Origin: a virus
IMG/VR virus record: IMGVR_UViG_3300029142_000003
Coordinates: 1-50,263 of that record
Strand: one strand, 5' to 3'
Length of the DNA stretch: 50,263 bases
In this document: positions 42,022-50,263 of the stretch, one piece after another
Position numbering within the stretch: position 1 is the first letter of the stretch
Layout of the letters: each line of letters opens with the position of its first letter
Made by a program: the position numbers and the translations under genes
Notes under the pieces: generated by a model
The model's database searches: none
What the model was told of the DNA's origin: nothing
Seen by the model: the letters and a program-made list of their open reading frames with translations, nothing else

Positions 42022-44800
42022 TTTGCTCGTATTCCATTACAAAGGCTAAGATCGTAAGCGGTAATGGATCGCGTTGCCTTATTGCAACCCGTCCATGTTC
42101 GGTCCAGTTTGGAGGCATCACCTCGACCTTATCGCCTGTGAACAGGCCAACAGGATCGCCCATCAGCTCATACTGACGCCACACCGACTCTTCCATGTCA
42201 GTGAAATCGTGTCCAAACCAGTACGCATTTGTACGCTCTAACCTTAGGGTTAATTCGCCAATCTTAATCTTGCGCCCTTGGATGGTTTCACGACCAACTT
42301 CTTCAGGGTCTAGTGTTTCAATGTCAGTTATGTACGGCAGACCAATATGTACACGAGAAGCTTTACTGTCCAGCGTCACTGTACCAGTAGAAGATACAGT
42401 CTTCCCATTGACAACAGCACCGTCTGCCAATATGGCTACTGACTCACCGGCAATATGTCGAAGGCCACTAATACTGTCAGTAGCAAGCCGAACAGTGCCA
42501 CCGGAAACATAGGCGTTGAAAGCAGAGCCATCTTCTCCTGAAAGTTCAAACGTGTTAGCAGTCGAGTTAGCAACTGTGAACCTCTTTGTGTTGAGTTGCG
42601 AAGGTTGTGTGTCATTACCAAACTCATCAGTGGTTGGTACCCACTCAATGTCGTAGATATCTACTTCATCTCCGTCAGAGAATCCGTGAGAGGTGGCTGT
42701 GATAACGACGGGGTTCGCAGCAGTGGCCCCAGTGATAGTGACAGGGGAGTCGAGAGAAAGACCTGAGTCAACGAAGAAGCAGTCTCTGACGTCGGTGAAA
42801 GAACGAGAATGCGTCCGCTCGATGTAACGTACTGTGTTACCATTGATCGTCCTCTTAACTACAAAGTAGGCTGGCTCATCTGTCTCATCAGTAGACGGTC
42901 GGATAGTCGTCACACTCTCAAACTCTCCGTCAGTCTCCCAATCAGTCCAGGCCACAACCTCTTGTTCTTGATCAAAGGTCATAGTCAGAACCTTGCCGTC
43001 ATCCCGAACCATATAAACAATAGGATCAGGATAACGAGAGAACGCCCAGCCAGTGACTGTATTGTTCCTAAGATAGTGCTCAGCAAGCAGTCCTAGGTTG
43101 GACCCAGTGTATCCATCAATCTGCAAAGAGTACCCAATGCTACGAACAAATGCATTGTTCTCTTGCAGGTACAATATCAACGAACCTAACTGAATAGGCT
43201 TAACATGAGAACTACCCCAATTAGACTGAGGCTTCTGCCTCAGAGTATCTCCTGCGAAACCAGTATCCGTAGCGGAATTGATGCGCCACTCACTCCCACT
43301 GGTGAAGACGATAAGATCGTTCCCAGCTACGTAATGCCGGATAGCATTGACCTCCTGAGCGTTCAGTGTAGCAGTAATCGCATCGTCAGCCTGAGTAGGA
43401 ATAGAACGGCTGAAGTTAGAATGGTTGCCAGTTACGCTGTACCTGGACGTGTCAGGCTCACTAGTGGAACCGCCAAAGACTCTGCGCTGTTCGAAATATC
43501 CCACAGCTCCGGGGTAGTCGGTGGCCTCCCTAAAAACCTCTACATAACGAGGAGGAGCGATAGCAATATCTGCAGCAATATTATCATCGGTAAAGGACGT
43601 AAGTTCGGTTTCACCGATAAGGCCGTAAAGGCCGTTCTCTCGATAGTAGACCGCATATTTAACCGCCCCAGTAACAGGGGTCCAAGTGATTAGATTGTCT
43701 CTAGTGGACCCACCACTAATAACCTGGAAGGTACGTCTAGCACTACCACCTGACACATAAGCTGTGAATGAGGTGGAGTCAATATCGTCTCCATCCACAT
43801 CTCTAAGCTCAAACGTGTTAACAGCAGTCGCCCCAACAATGAACCTACGACCATTCAGCTCAGTCATACCGACCACATCGTTAATCTCAATCTCGTCCCC
43901 CTCAGTAAGGGTATGAGCAGTTGAGGTTACAACGATAGGGTTGGCCTGGGTTGCACCAGAGATAACGTTATCAGTATTACTAGTTGCAGCTAGGCTCTCT
44001 TCACCATCATCAGCAATAGCTGTAACCTTATAATACGAATTCGTCCCTGTCCCAGATATGGCAGTGACACCAAGCTGCGCAGGATGGTCCTGCGTGGGAT
44101 TAAACTCGACAGCAGAGATGGTCCATTCATCGTGGTCCGTCCTGCTCAACTCTTGAACAGGATAAGAAGGATGAACAAGGGTCATTACATCAGCGGACTG
44201 AACATACTTCAGCTCATCAAGGTCTTCAATGGCATACGGCGTAGTCAGTGTGTAGATACGGGCCGACGTACCACCAGAAGTGTAGGCGGTGTATGCGGAG
44301 GAATCCTCGTTACCACCAGTTGCCTGATCGGTGAGCTCGAACGTATTGGCGGTCGAGTTGGCAACTACGAACCTGCGACTGTTAAGTTCAGTCATGCCCC
44401 CCACAGAGGCTATGAAGACCTCATCGCCATCACTATAACCGTGGCCGACACTAGTTACTACAGCTGGGTCTGCCTGAGTGATATCTGTGATGTTGACAGT
44501 GTCCTCGACGACATGGCCGTCGTTACGGATCACCCTGAGGTATTCGTCCCCGAATTCCAAGACATAGGTATCGGTCGTGGAGAATTTGAATGGGATGAGA
44601 ATGGGGCTACTGGCGTGGTCTTTAACAGGGCCTATAAATGATAGGCCAGGACGATTGCTCACGCCACCATAGGCATGGACAATAGCGTTCTTGCCAGACT
44701 TCAGACCGACATGGTAGGACGAGATATCAACCCGGCCATACAGCGTCGGGGACAATACGCCCTTGGCGAAGCTGGGCTGAATTCTGTACTTGACGGCCAT
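42014..44800 (-). CDS. tail tubular protein B-like (nozzle) with three inserted repeat domains
   Basis: 928 aa directly after the tubular protein A-like gene. The N-terminus YRIQPSFAKGVLSPTLYGRVD is typical of this family. The internal roughly 80-aa repeats are described in findings. Confidence 0.6.
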   Translation of the reverse strand: MAVKYRIQPSFAKGVLSPTLYGRVDISSYHVGLKSGKNAIVHAYGGVSNRPGLSFIGPVKDHASSPILIPFKFSTTDTYVLEFGDEYLRVIRNDGHVVEDTVNITDITQADPAVVTSVGHGYSDGDEVFIASVGGMTELNSRRFVVANSTANTFELTDQATGGNEDSSAYTAYTSGGTSARIYTLTTPYAIEDLDELKYVQSADVMTLVHPSYPVQELSRTDHDEWTISAVEFNPTQDHPAQLGVTAISGTGTNSYYKVTAIADDGEESLAATSNTDNVISGATQANPIVVTSTAHTLTEGDEIEINDVVGMTELNGRRFIVGATAVNTFELRDVDGDDIDSTSFTAYVSGGSARRTFQVISGGSTRDNLITWTPVTGAVKYAVYYRENGLYGLIGETELTSFTDDNIAADIAIAPPRYVEVFREATDYPGAVGYFEQRRVFGGSTSEPDTSRYSVTGNHSNFSRSIPTQADDAITATLNAQEVNAIRHYVAGNDLIVFTSGSEWRINSATDTGFAGDTLRQKPQSNWGSSHVKPIQLGSLILYLQENNAFVRSIGYSLQIDGYTGSNLGLLAEHYLRNNTVTGWAFSRYPDPIVYMVRDDGKVLTMTFDQEQEVVAWTDWETDGEFESVTTIRPSTDETDEPAYFVVKRTINGNTVRYIERTHSRSFTDVRDCFFVDSGLSLDSPVTITGATAANPVVITATSHGFSDGDEVDIYDIEWVPTTDEFGNDTQPSQLNTKRFTVANSTANTFELSGEDGSAFNAYVSGGTVRLATDSISGLRHIAGESVAILADGAVVNGKTVSSTGTVTLDSKASRVHIGLPYITDIETLDPEEVGRETIQGRKIKIGELTLRLERTNAYWFGHDFTDMEESVWRQYELMGDPVGLFTGDKVEVMPPNWTEHGRVAIRQRDPLPLTILAFVMEYEQSD

Positions 44801-44801
44801 G

Positions 44802-45407
44802 TTACCTCTCTCTGATCCACTCAGCGTCCCTTGGCCCTCGTTCTACACCCTCATTAGCATCCATAGCTGGAGCCAGTCGCTGTAATGTCAGAGCCTCGTC
44901 TCTCGCTGAGTCTCTGACAGACTGCTTGGCTGTCAACGGAAATGCTATAAAGGCACCTAGAGTGGCTGCCAGAGTTAGTACGAAGTGTGGACTGAACAGC
45001 GATGTGTCATCAACATTACGGGTGTAGACTAGGATAGCGTCTTCGGCGTCTGTGAGGATAGTCTTCTCGGTGCCGTCGTCGCTGGTCTCCACATGGAATG
45101 GAACAGCATTAGCAGTCCACCCAAGAGGGTTATCAATCTTCCTAGCCGCTATACAGTCAGATGGGTAGGCGTATCTGAACGCCCAATCTGTCTCTGGTGC
45201 GTCATCACCATGGACCGCCAAGGCTACCCGCTTACGAGCGAAAGACCAATCATGTGACTTAAGAGCCTGCTCCTTAGCAAACTCATACCACAGGCTGATC
45301 TCCTGAGCAGGGGCTGTGGGATCAGAGAACGACTCGATGGTTGACTTGACACCGATCATAGATAGCGCCAAGTTACCGATTTTTACTGCACTGACGCCAG
45401 TTGCCAT
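44802..45407 (-). CDS. tail tubular protein A-like (adaptor)
   Basis: The pattern KIGNLALSMIG..STIESF.D....AQEISLWYEFAKEQALKSHDWSFA is typical of podovirus gp11-like proteins. Confidence 0.6.
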   Translation of the reverse strand: MATGVSAVKIGNLALSMIGVKSTIESFSDPTAPAQEISLWYEFAKEQALKSHDWSFARKRVALAVHGDDAPETDWAFRYAYPSDCIAARKIDNPLGWTANAVPFHVETSDDGTEKTILTDAEDAILVYTRNVDDTSLFSPHFVLTLAATLGAFIAFPLTAKQSVRDSARDEALTLQRLAPAMDANEGVERGPRDAEWIRER

Positions 45408-45724
45408 TATTCGTCAATCCTATAGTGAAGGTAAACATCGACCTCGCCTGATACGTGATCGATAGAAATGCCAGCCTCGCAGTCAATAGGGTACCTGAAT
45501 GTGACAGTCTCACTGGCGTTAGCGGCTAGCTCCACAGCCACCACCTTATTGGCAGCAGCACCAGTAGCTCCGTTGACAATATTGAAGGAAGCCACAGCTG
45601 GGGCCCCAGCGCTCTCCCTACAGGAATAGCCTGTGAGGGTTAGTCCTTTCTGAGCTGATACAGCAGCATCGACATCGGCAGTTACGCCTGTATTGACATC
45701 TACTGTTGATCTATAAGAGGGCAT
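45407..45724 (-). CDS. small virion-module protein (105 aa), paralog of the junction-spanning ORF
   Basis: Hand alignment shows shared TGVT.D..AAV.A.KGL.L.G...RESAG....ASFNI, VEL.AN and AGISI...SG.VDV.L.Y. Confidence 0.6.
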   Translation of the reverse strand: MPSYRSTVDVNTGVTADVDAAVSAQKGLTLTGYSCRESAGAPAVASFNIVNGATGAAANKVVAVELAANASETVTFRYPIDCEAGISIDHVSGEVDVYLHYRIDE

Positions 45725-46006
45725 CTAATCCTCCTCCAAACTATCTTGTATGTTCTCCAGCAACCTGATGATACGCTCCTCTCTAACATCCCTGTACTTC
45801 TTATCAGCTTGAAGTTCAATTATAATAGCAAGGGCTTCATCATGAGCTGGCCTTTTCTCGTGCTTTGTCAGAGCTTCAGTATTATGTTTAACCTGCGAGT
45901 TAATCTCTGAAGCCCACCAAAACACACCTACCGTCTGTAGAAATATGGCAAATATCAACGTGAGCGGTACACGTTTATCTAAATGCCAAGAATTGTCGCC
46001 TGCCAT
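45725..46006 (-). CDS. small membrane protein (93 aa, one transmembrane helix)
   Basis: PLTLIFAIFLQTVGVFWWA followed by a charged helix. Confidence 0.5.
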   Translation of the reverse strand: MAGDNSWHLDKRVPLTLIFAIFLQTVGVFWWASEINSQVKHNTEALTKHEKRPAHDEALAIIIELQADKKYRDVREERIIRLLENIQDSLEED

Positions 46007-46018
46007 TGTGTCATCCCA

Positions 46019-48187
46019 CTAAGTTAGTGTTGTGTTAGTCCAGAATATTGACGAAACGTTGGCAGCCGCTCCACCGTTAGTTTTAGTAAGCGCTTGTACA
46101 GTTGCAAGTGTCGCTGATCCCGTACCAGTGACATCAAACAATTCGGTGGCTGCGCTTTCGCCACCCTTTAGTACAATTTCCATATCATCCGCATCGATCA
46201 CCCCAGACCCGGAAACCCAAGTTCCTGACCGCTCCCACCAAACGTTGTTAGAGTTATCGCCACGGATATGCTTACCGTTGCGCAATGTTGTATAGGAACC
46301 CCAGACCTTGGAATTCGCATCCGTGTAATTACGTTGCCCTCGAATATCCTGATTACAGTTCTCGATGATGTAATCGCGATAAGTGGTGTTCTGTTCGTTG
46401 TTCACGGTGAGGGCAATAGCATCGTTCTCATCAGCAACATTCGGAACCATATTTCTGATGTAGAAAAACTCTACAACGTTACCAGACTTATCGCCTGTCC
46501 CGTTATCAGCCAAGATACTGTCGTTATCGCCATTGATGGCAATTCCGTTTTGGCCAGCAGGATTGCCAAACTCCTGATTATTCCCGTCTATTAAGAACCA
46601 CGCAATCGTATTGTCACTTAAGTCCTGGGCAGTTCCAGTTGTCGGCATAGTCCCGGATGCCTTCGAATATAGATTTACTGCGGACCCAGCTCGGAAGATA
46701 CAGAAGCGTTGCAAATCCCAGTTAACACACCGTTGTCCCCCAATGGCGTGCATGTCATTGTCGCTAAGGTCCAACCCCTTAAAATTAGAGTCCCCTATAT
46801 CTTCAATGATGACCCCATCAATAACCATTTGAGAAAGAACATCAGTATTGAGGACAGAAAGGGCATAAGGTCCATTAGTAGAACGAACAATATGAGTCCA
46901 CCTATCCATGTCTGCAAACTTGGAGTCAACTACAGAGTCACCTGGATTACGAGGACTAGCTTTAGCATGAGCTCTCAAGTCTTGTATACGACTATCGTTT
47001 TTATTTGGTCTATCTGTAACATCCCATAGAACACGTCCGTCAGACGAAGCACCATAATGATGCAATGTCGCCTTGTTAAACGTTTGCATGTCATGCGGCA
47101 AGATAATTCGACAGCCAAGGAAATATATTGTATCCGGCGCTGTATTACCACTACCTATTCCACCAGAACCCCAACCAGCAAATGTCTCTTTACACTCAAA
47201 TAGTGTTAAGTTGATAAACTTGAAGTTACCTATCTGTGGGCTAGCGTTGACCAGAAAATCATATCCAAAAGCTGATTGCATAACCCTGTCAGTTGGGTCT
47301 GATCCATCTGGAGCATGGACATAAGCAATCTTTGGGGTGCCAGTAGTACCGACAGTGTCGGGAATATGAATACTGCCAGGAGTGTCACGACAATCTTGGA
47401 TGGTAGCTACATGTTCAAGAATGTAATCTTCCAAGGCAGTCTTGCTGAGCGTTGCATCTTCTGGTTTCAGTGTCCAGCCAGTAGTGGCAACCGTCCGCTG
47501 TATCGCATCTGACTGTGAATACATATTGGACGAACCGTCTTTGGTCCACGAGGCCACAGCCCTGCCGTCAACCCAGCCTCCACACACCATTCCAGGCATA
47601 AGAGGGTGATCGCCACGAATATCAGTGGAGGCACCACCAACAGCGTCTTCTAGAGTGATATCCCCTTGGGTTCCGAGAACAGGTGTCCCTGATTGGATAT
47701 GATGGTGGATATCACAGAAGTAGTACACAGTGCCAGCGTCTAATACACCAGCAGTTGAACCGATATCAGTATCTTGTGGGCCATCATAAGCTGTGCCTGG
47801 AGTTATCCCATCACCAGTTCCGTAGTTACTCCCTTTATTTGGTCTGATATACCTAACAGGTTTAGTTCCAAACGCACCAGTTAATCCGATAAGAGGTTTA
47901 CCACGTTCATCATAATCTTGGTCATCTACATATTCGTCTAAGAATACACCTGAACCAATATTGGACTGAGCCAGATCAGCCAGACTACCAGTTCTAGAAA
48001 TTGGCCTATTAGCAGTCACTAGCTTTACATTGGAGTCATCTACAGCGTCAACAGTACTGATTATATCTAAAGCACCAGTAACTGTTCCGTAGTTTGCATG
48101 TAACGAGTTAAGGGCGAACCTAACAACAAACGTATAGTTCCGCCTTCTAGTCGATACTGAATGAGTCACTAGAGCGTTATAAGACAT
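46019..48187 (-). CDS. tailspike-like protein (722 aa; alternative start 48223), possible beta-helix depolymerase
   Basis: Large Asn/Gly/Asp-rich ORF in the fibre module. No catalytic motif assigned. Start chosen to avoid a 16-nt overlap with the upstream gene. Confidence 0.4.
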   Translation of the reverse strand: MSYNALVTHSVSTRRRNYTFVVRFALNSLHANYGTVTGALDIISTVDAVDDSNVKLVTANRPISRTGSLADLAQSNIGSGVFLDEYVDDQDYDERGKPLIGLTGAFGTKPVRYIRPNKGSNYGTGDGITPGTAYDGPQDTDIGSTAGVLDAGTVYYFCDIHHHIQSGTPVLGTQGDITLEDAVGGASTDIRGDHPLMPGMVCGGWVDGRAVASWTKDGSSNMYSQSDAIQRTVATTGWTLKPEDATLSKTALEDYILEHVATIQDCRDTPGSIHIPDTVGTTGTPKIAYVHAPDGSDPTDRVMQSAFGYDFLVNASPQIGNFKFINLTLFECKETFAGWGSGGIGSGNTAPDTIYFLGCRIILPHDMQTFNKATLHHYGASSDGRVLWDVTDRPNKNDSRIQDLRAHAKASPRNPGDSVVDSKFADMDRWTHIVRSTNGPYALSVLNTDVLSQMVIDGVIIEDIGDSNFKGLDLSDNDMHAIGGQRCVNWDLQRFCIFRAGSAVNLYSKASGTMPTTGTAQDLSDNTIAWFLIDGNNQEFGNPAGQNGIAINGDNDSILADNGTGDKSGNVVEFFYIRNMVPNVADENDAIALTVNNEQNTTYRDYIIENCNQDIRGQRNYTDANSKVWGSYTTLRNGKHIRGDNSNNVWWERSGTWVSGSGVIDADDMEIVLKGGESAATELFDVTGTGSATLATVQALTKTNGGAAANVSSIFWTNTTLT

Positions 48188-48207
48188 ATGAGTACCTAAG
48201 AATAGAA

Positions 48208-48897
48208 TTACGCTGGTGCCCAATGAGCGAATGCAGCAGCATCAAACGCAGTTGACGTTGTGTAGGTGCATGTCAGAGCAGTGCTACCTCCAGCATCCTC
48301 AACGTCAGAAGCAACAGATACACGATTACGGCCTTCTCCGTCAGCAACGTCCACGCGTTCAGTGATTCCCGTCCAAGCAGCTGTTGCTGTGTTATCGTCA
48401 CAAGACGCAGCGCACAGCGTCACACCATCAGTTGTCGTGGTGAGGGTATCAGTCAATGGCTGCGCATTCTCACTAACACCACTGTCTGAAGCAGTGACGC
48501 CATCAATCCCAAGTATCCTATGAACTGTGACATAGCAAATGAAATGAGACTGAACCCAGTTAACAGCGACAGTTCCACTTGTTCCGGTGGGGACAGCTGC
48601 GATGGCAATAGCAGCCTCTTGTCTGAGGTTGCCATTGTTACCTGTGGCTGACGCCACAACTGTAGCACTCACTCCCCCAATAGTGCAACTACTTACACCG
48701 AATGTAGCACTGTTGGATGCAGCATGAATGGTGACAGCGATGTATCTCCCAGCATCAGCAGCCCCAAAATCCATAGAGGCAATACTATGCGCCGTGGTAT
48801 TGGCTAAGTCTTCCCCCTGATCAGTCAGTGTGATAGAAGTACTGGCAGCAGCTGCGGCTGGGAATACCAAGTCAGGGGCGAGTATAAAATTCGCCAT
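48208..48897 (-). CDS. hypothetical structural protein (229 aa), Ala/Thr/Ser-rich
   Basis: ATGA-type coupling to the fibre gene upstream. Confidence 0.5.
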   Translation of the reverse strand: MANFILAPDLVFPAAAAASTSITLTDQGEDLANTTAHSIASMDFGAADAGRYIAVTIHAASNSATFGVSSCTIGGVSATVVASATGNNGNLRQEAAIAIAAVPTGTSGTVAVNWVQSHFICYVTVHRILGIDGVTASDSGVSENAQPLTDTLTTTTDGVTLCAASCDDNTATAAWTGITERVDVADGEGRNRVSVASDVEDAGGSTALTCTYTTSTAFDAAAFAHWAPA

Positions 48898-50084
48898 TAT
48901 GTCTGTCGTCCTATAATTGTCACAACAGCTCCTTGTCCAGCAACAGTCGATCCGACCTGATCAATATCAATAGATATTTCAGCATCATCTGCAAAAGCTG
49001 TGTCTGTCAAAGTTGGAGCCGTAGCAGCAGTTTCAGTGGTCTTTTCAGTAGCATCAATGGTTAGTTTATTGGTGGTCATTATAGACGTACCACCGTCATT
49101 AACATCAATGATGATAGTTGAACCAGTAGGAGCTGTAGCAACCGAAGCTCTGATATCAGTTATAGTGAAAGCATACGGAGCTCTGAATGTGAACTTGGAA
49201 GTACCAGTAGTCAAATCTTCAGTTTGGTTAGAAATGGGGATAACCCAAGACTCCAACTGAGTGTCAGTAACCAGATCACCAGTGACAGTCCAAGTATCTG
49301 TTGCAGTTTTGCGAGCAACAGAGACAGCTCTTTGCCCATTAGTGACAGCAGACTGGTTACTTTTAGTGTTAATAGTTACACCAGCACCTTCTGTCCAAGT
49401 ACAAGCCCCAGCACCTATTTGTTCCAGAACCAATATCGTACCAGTAGGGAATGCTACCGAGCTATTAGGTGGTATGGTAGCAGTGGTAGCGCCAGCATTG
49501 TTTATAGTTGTATGCTTACCAGCATCTACTAGAGCGAAAGTAAAGCTAGCAGTCTCTGAATTGACATTGACAGCTCTGATCTGTCCTGAGCCAGCATCAA
49601 TGTCCCCAGAAATATCAATATCTCCAGTAGTGTTAATATTGCCAGTACCAGTAATATCGTTGCTGTTGAGATCCAGGTCACCCCCAAGTTGTGGAGTAGT
49701 GTCCTCAAGAACGTTATCAATCGCATTTGGGTTTGCCGTAGCAGAGGTGGCTATGCCACTGAGTTTGGTTTGCTCAGCATCAGTGAAGGCATTAGTATTA
49801 GCCTCACCTTCATATGCTACCTTAATCTCAGCACCAGTCTGATCAGCAGTGGCGGATGTTTCAATACCAGCAAGCTTGGTTACCGCAGCATCATCATATG
49901 CATTCGTATCAGCGTTACCTTCATAAAGGGTTTTGATCTGAGCAGCATCAAGTCCTTTAGTGAAGTTGGCAATGGTGGACTTCTGTGTCTCAGGAGTGCC
50001 ACCTGGGTCATCGACAACAGGCACCAGATCAGTAGAAACTGGCGTAGTGTTTTCTGTTAAACCTGTGATTTTTGTATCAGCCAT
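48897..50084 (-). CDS. tail fibre-like protein with tandem roughly 32-aa repeats
   Basis: N-terminus MADTKITGLTE....TDLVPVVDD is typical of fibre proteins. Repeat pair YEGNADTNAYDDAAVTKLAGIETSATA / YEGEANTNAFTDAEQTKLSGIATSATA. Confidence 0.6.
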   Translation of the reverse strand: MADTKITGLTENTTPVSTDLVPVVDDPGGTPETQKSTIANFTKGLDAAQIKTLYEGNADTNAYDDAAVTKLAGIETSATADQTGAEIKVAYEGEANTNAFTDAEQTKLSGIATSATANPNAIDNVLEDTTPQLGGDLDLNSNDITGTGNINTTGDIDISGDIDAGSGQIRAVNVNSETASFTFALVDAGKHTTINNAGATTATIPPNSSVAFPTGTILVLEQIGAGACTWTEGAGVTINTKSNQSAVTNGQRAVSVARKTATDTWTVTGDLVTDTQLESWVIPISNQTEDLTTGTSKFTFRAPYAFTITDIRASVATAPTGSTIIIDVNDGGTSIMTTNKLTIDATEKTTETAATAPTLTDTAFADDAEISIDIDQVGSTVAGQGAVVTIIGRQT

Positions 50085-50087
50085 TCT

Positions 50088-50263
50088 CTACTCCAATAGA
50101 AGTCTGTCACCACTTTCAAGAAGGATAGCGTCCCCAATTTCTAAGAGAAGGACATCCTCAGGACCAGCGGCTTCTGGTGTGGTATTTGTTACAGCGGTAC
50201 CACCATCATCAAGAATATAGTATAGATTTACATCCACTGTCCCAGACAGGGACTCAATCGAAA
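50088..50263 (-). CDS. 3' part of the 142-aa junction-spanning ORF (see 1..352)
   Basis: Codons traced by hand from the overlap to TAG at 50088..50090. C-terminus is ...PEDVLLLEIGDAILLESGDRLLLE. Confidence 0.7.
   Translation of the reverse strand, partial: SIESLSGTVDVNLYYILDDGGTAVTNTTPEAAGPEDVLLLEIGDAILLESGDRLLLE
50165..50263. repeat. terminal overlap, copy 2 (identical to 1..99)
   Basis: Exact 99-nt identity. Confidence 0.95.

Overview
This window is a complete, circularly closed dsDNA phage genome. Bases 1..99 are identical to 50165..50263, so the unit length is 50164 bp. It has two divergent arms that start in an AT-rich control region (7741..8342) and converge on a bidirectional terminator (31571..31612). 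The minus-strand late arm runs 7740 down to 1 and continues across the junction from 50263 down to 31629. It encodes small and large terminase, a podovirus-type portal, scaffold, HK97-like major capsid, a decoration-like protein, tail fibres, a tailspike, tubular proteins A and B, internal virion proteins (one with a C-terminal GH24 lysozyme, one of 1645 aa), and membrane proteins that may act in lysis. The plus-strand early/middle arm (8343..31571) encodes small early proteins separated by unusually long non-coding spacers. It also carries a T7 gp4-like primase-helicase, an ECF-like sigma factor, family A DNA polymerase, one tRNA, a gp2.5-like SSB, a FEN-type exonuclease, HNH nuclease, metallophosphoesterase, an all-alpha dNTP pyrophosphohydrolase and a class II-like ribonucleotide reductase. 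I found no integrase, repressor module, single-subunit RNA polymerase or CRISPR array. The standout is an 11-gene, translationally coupled operon (11574..19552). It combines three amide-bond ligases (phiEco32-type COOH-NH2 ligase, Amidoligase_2, ATP-grasp), two amidotransferase-type enzymes (class I/peptidase C26 and Ntn class II), a gamma-glutamylcyclotransferase, a 2OG-Fe(II) oxygenase-like protein, a lipoprotein and three unknowns. This looks like a peptide or gamma-glutamyl ligation pathway whose product and target are, to my knowledge, uncharacterised. All calls rest on motifs read from the translations and on gene context. No database search was run.
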